Source: an uncultured bacterium
Lineage (GTDB): Bacteria > CSSED10-310 > CAZUFC01
Direction: 5' to 3'
Assembly (NCBI GenBank): GCA_964619725.1
Contig: CAZUFC010000055.1
Span: 1 to 21,960, forward strand
DNA: 21,960 bases
Shown here: in pieces, positions 19,264 through 21,960 of the stretch
How the letters are laid out: every line of letters starts with the position of its first letter
How positions within the stretch are numbered: position 1 is the first letter of the stretch
Notes under the pieces: generated by a model
Told to the model about the DNA's origin: nothing
The model's input: the letters and a program-made list of their open reading frames with translations, nothing else
Database searches by the model: none
Program-made: the position numbers and the translations under genes

Positions 19264-20267
19264 TGATTCTAGCTGTAGCTGCAGCCGTTATTCTTATTAT
19301 AGTTTTCTGGTTTATTCCGGTCAGACTCTGGATAGCAGCCCTGGCCAGCGGCGTCCCCATCAGTCCTACAACCTTCATCGGTATGCGTTTGAGAAAAGTC
19401 AACCCCCGGCATCTCCTGCCCCCGCTCATCACCATCAGAAAAGCCGGTTTGAAAGCCACGATACAGGATATGGAAAGACATTACCTGGCGGGAGGCAATA
19501 TAGGAAACGTCATTAAAGGCTTGATAGCTGCGGACAGAGCCAACATACCGCTGAGTTTCGAAAGGGCGCGTACGATTGATCTTGCCGGTCGCAACGTCAG
19601 CGAAGCCGTCGCCACATCAGTCATGCCAAAAGTCATTGACGCGCCTAATCCTGGCAGCGGCAAACAATACTTCGATGCTGTCGCCAAGGACGGAATACAA
19701 CTAAAAGTCAAAGTCCGCATCACCGTCAGAACCAATATCGATACTCTCGTCGGAGGCGCCACGGAAAACACCATAATCGCAAGGGTAGGCGAAGGCATAG
19801 TCAGCGCCATCGGGTCCTCGGAATCATACAAGAAGGTGCTCGAAGTCCCTGACGTCATCTCAAAAAGCGTTCTGGACCGGGGACTCGACAGCGGCACTGC
19901 CTACGAAATCCTCTCCATCGATATCGCCGATGTCGACGTCGGTAAAAATATCGGCGCTGAACTCAGAATCAACCAGGCCGTCGCAGATAAGGAAATCGCC
20001 AGAGCCAAAGCCGAAAAAAGAAGAGCACAGGCCGAAGCCGAAGAAGAGGAAATGAAAGCGCTGGAGGAAGAAAAACGCGCTGACCTGTTCAAAGCGCGTG
20101 CCGAAGTTCCCAAAGCTATCTCAGAAGCCTTCAGAACCAAAAAACTCGGCATTATCGATTACTACGATATGAACAACATTATGGCCGACACCGAAATGAG
20201 AAAATCCATCGCTGAAGGACAGAGAAATATACTCTCAGAAAAAACGAAAGCGAAACGCTCATCATGA
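19260..20267 (+). CDS. floA: Flotillin-like protein FloA (YqfA/UPF0365), copy 2
   Basis: Same motifs plus the canonical tail '[22 protein letters not shown]'. ATGA overlap with copy 1. Confidence 0.92.
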   Translation: MMILAVAAAVILIIVFWFIPVRLWIAALASGVPISPTTFIGMRLRKVNPRHLLPPLITIRKAGLKATIQDMERHYLAGGNIGNVIKGLIAADRANIPLSFERARTIDLAGRNVSEAVATSVMPKVIDAPNPGSGKQYFDAVAKDGIQLKVKVRITVRTNIDTLVGGATENTIIARVGEGIVSAIGSSESYKKVLEVPDVISKSVLDRGLDSGTAYEILSIDIADVDVGKNIGAELRINQAVADKEIARAKAEKRRAQAEAEEEEMKALEEEKRADLFKARAEVPKAISEAFRTKKLGIIDYYDMNNIMADTEMRKSIAEGQRNILSEKTKAKRSS

Positions 20268-20587
20268 AAGACTACGGCAAGCCAATGACGCCTGAAAAAC
20301 TGGGCGACCATATCCAGCTCATAAAACAGCAAATAAACAAGGCCAGACAAGCTCAGCAAAAACAAAAAACGGCGGCGGCGGAAAGGGAAGCAGCGCCCGC
20401 AACGCCCTCTGCCGCCATTACCTCCAGGAACAAGAAAGAGATGCCGAAAAAAGAAACCGCCTCGCCTGTCGTTGAAAAAGAAATAAGTATACTCGACTTC
20501 ACTGAAATAACGAATGATGAAATGATTCGCGCCGTTGTCCTGAATGAGATACTGGGTCCATGTAAAGCCAAAAAACAAGGCGGGTAA
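20264..20587 (+). CDS. Small YqfB-like protein of the nfeD-floA operon
   Basis: ATGA overlap with floA; low-complexity charged body; C-terminal '[15 protein letters not shown]' resembles the motif of genes that typically follow floA. Confidence 0.6.
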   Translation: MKDYGKPMTPEKLGDHIQLIKQQINKARQAQQKQKTAAAEREAAPATPSAAITSRNKKEMPKKETASPVVEKEISILDFTEITNDEMIRAVVLNEILGPCKAKKQGG

Positions 20588-20644
20588 AACTTCTAAAAAC
20601 TAAATAATCAGTTTTAATCGTCTCAATAAGGGAGCAAATTTATT

Positions 20645-21238
20645 ATGAAAAAAAATTCGCCGGCGGTGGTGACGGTTATTCTTTTTATAGGTTTTATAGC
20701 AGGAATAAGCTGCTCTTCCGGTTCACCAAAAACTGAAAATACTGACAAGACCGAAATTAAAAAGGTTTCCGCGGATTGGAAAATCACCAGCCCCGCTTTT
20801 GACGACGGTGAATATATTCCTGATAAATACACTTGCGAAGGGAAAAACGTTTCTCCTCCTCTGAAATGGACCGATCCGCCCGAAGGAGCAAAAAGCCTGG
20901 CGCTAATTGTAGACGACCCTGACGCCCCAGCAGGCGTTTTCACTCATTGGCTCCTTTACAGCCTGCCTCCGGAAGTGAAAGAATTGCATGAAGGAATGCC
21001 CACTGAAAGAAAACTGTCGGAGTTCGTAAACACCTTCCAGGGCATGAATGATTTTAAAACAATAGGCTATAATGGTCCTTGTCCTCCCGCCGGCGCTCCT
21101 CATCATTATCATTTTAAATTATACGCCCTGGATGCCGAATTAAATATAGAACACGGCGCAAAGAAAAATGAATTAGAGAACGCTATGCAAGAACACATAT
21201 TAGCAAAAACGGAGCTGACAGGCATATACGAAAGATAA
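20645..21238 (+). CDS. YbhB/YbcL family Raf kinase inhibitor-like (PEBP) lipoprotein
   Basis: Lipobox-like AGISC; ITSPAF, YTCEG.NVSPPL.W, LIVDDPDAP, FTHW, GYNGPCPP, HHYHFKLYALD. Confidence 0.93.
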   Translation: MKKNSPAVVTVILFIGFIAGISCSSGSPKTENTDKTEIKKVSADWKITSPAFDDGEYIPDKYTCEGKNVSPPLKWTDPPEGAKSLALIVDDPDAPAGVFTHWLLYSLPPEVKELHEGMPTERKLSEFVNTFQGMNDFKTIGYNGPCPPAGAPHHYHFKLYALDAELNIEHGAKKNELENAMQEHILAKTELTGIYER

Positions 21239-21322
21239 GTCTCTGCAGAAGGTTAGTCACGATCCGTCCTGGCCGACAATCGGCTATTAGGAACTGCCGG
21301 AAGATTCAGGCATGAAAAATGG

Positions 21323-21960
21323 CCAATTGCCAATGGCCAACGGATTCCGGTCTGAAGTCATTGACAATTGACGATTGGACGTTGACAATTGACAATTCTG
21401 AAAAACCAAACGCTGCCGACAAGACAAATCGAATATAATGGCCAATGGTCAATACCCAATTGCCAATGGCCAACGGATTCCGGTATGCAGTCATTGGCAA
21501 TTGACGATTGGACGTTGACAATTGACAATTCTGAAAAACCAAACGCTGCCGACAAGACAAATCGAATATAATGGCCAATGGTCAATACCCAATTGCCAAT
21601 GGCCAACGGATTCCGGTATGCAGTCATTGGCAATTGACGATTGGACGTTGACAATTGACAATTCTGAAAAACCAAACGCTGCCGACAAGACAAATCGAAT
21701 ATAATGGCCAATGGTCAATACCCAATTGCCAATGGCCAACGGATTCCGGGCTGCAGTCATTGGCAATTGACGATTGGACGTTGACAATTGACAATTCTGA
21801 AAACCCAAACGCTGACGACTAGACAAACCGAATATAATGGCCAATGGTCAATACCCAATTGCCAATGGCCGACGGATTCCGATCTGCAGTCATTGGCAAT
21901 TGACCATTGGACGTTGACAATTGACAATTCTGAAAACCCAAACGCTGACGACTAGACAAA
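21323..21960. repeat. 133-bp tandem repeat array (about 4.8 copies, runs off window end), units made of heptamer sub-repeats
   Basis: CGGATTCCG recurs at 21341, 21474, 21607, 21740 and 21873, an exact 133-bp period. The second and third units appear identical; the others differ by a few substitutions. Confidence 0.97.

Noticed and set aside
21306..21844. Short ORFs on both strands within the array (NCQLS/IGNW-type peptides)
   Set aside because: These are translation artefacts of heptamer repeats; the 133-bp period shifts frame each unit and no RBS is evident.
21323..21960. CRISPR array
   Set aside because: Whole 133-bp units repeat nearly identically with no unique spacers, and there are no cas genes in the window.

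Overview
Bacterial chromosomal segment of moderate GC, bounded by tandem repeats at both edges. It starts with a (TCCCTTTG)n octamer tract and ends with a 133-bp tandem array (about 4.8 copies visible) whose units are built from opposed heptamer runs forming imperfect hairpins. Housekeeping genes are trpS, a ttcA-like thiolase, a stand-alone fusA and asnA. Envelope and secreted functions include a flippase-like LPG synthase TM protein, a VWA protein, a rhomboid protease, a GT4 glycosyltransferase and a PEBP lipoprotein. A kelch propeller and a 5'-truncated beta-helix protein both carry IPTL-CTERM-like tails, and there is an nfeD-floA-floA-yqfB-like operon with a duplicated flotillin. An AT-rich islet holds what looks like a collapsed restriction-modification locus: a DUF1156-type methylase reduced to its two ends and a NotI-family endonuclease missing its Cys4 region. 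Two tandem paralogous acidic secreted proteins of unknown family lie downstream of a good sigma54-type promoter. All family assignments come from motif recognition by eye; no database searches were run.
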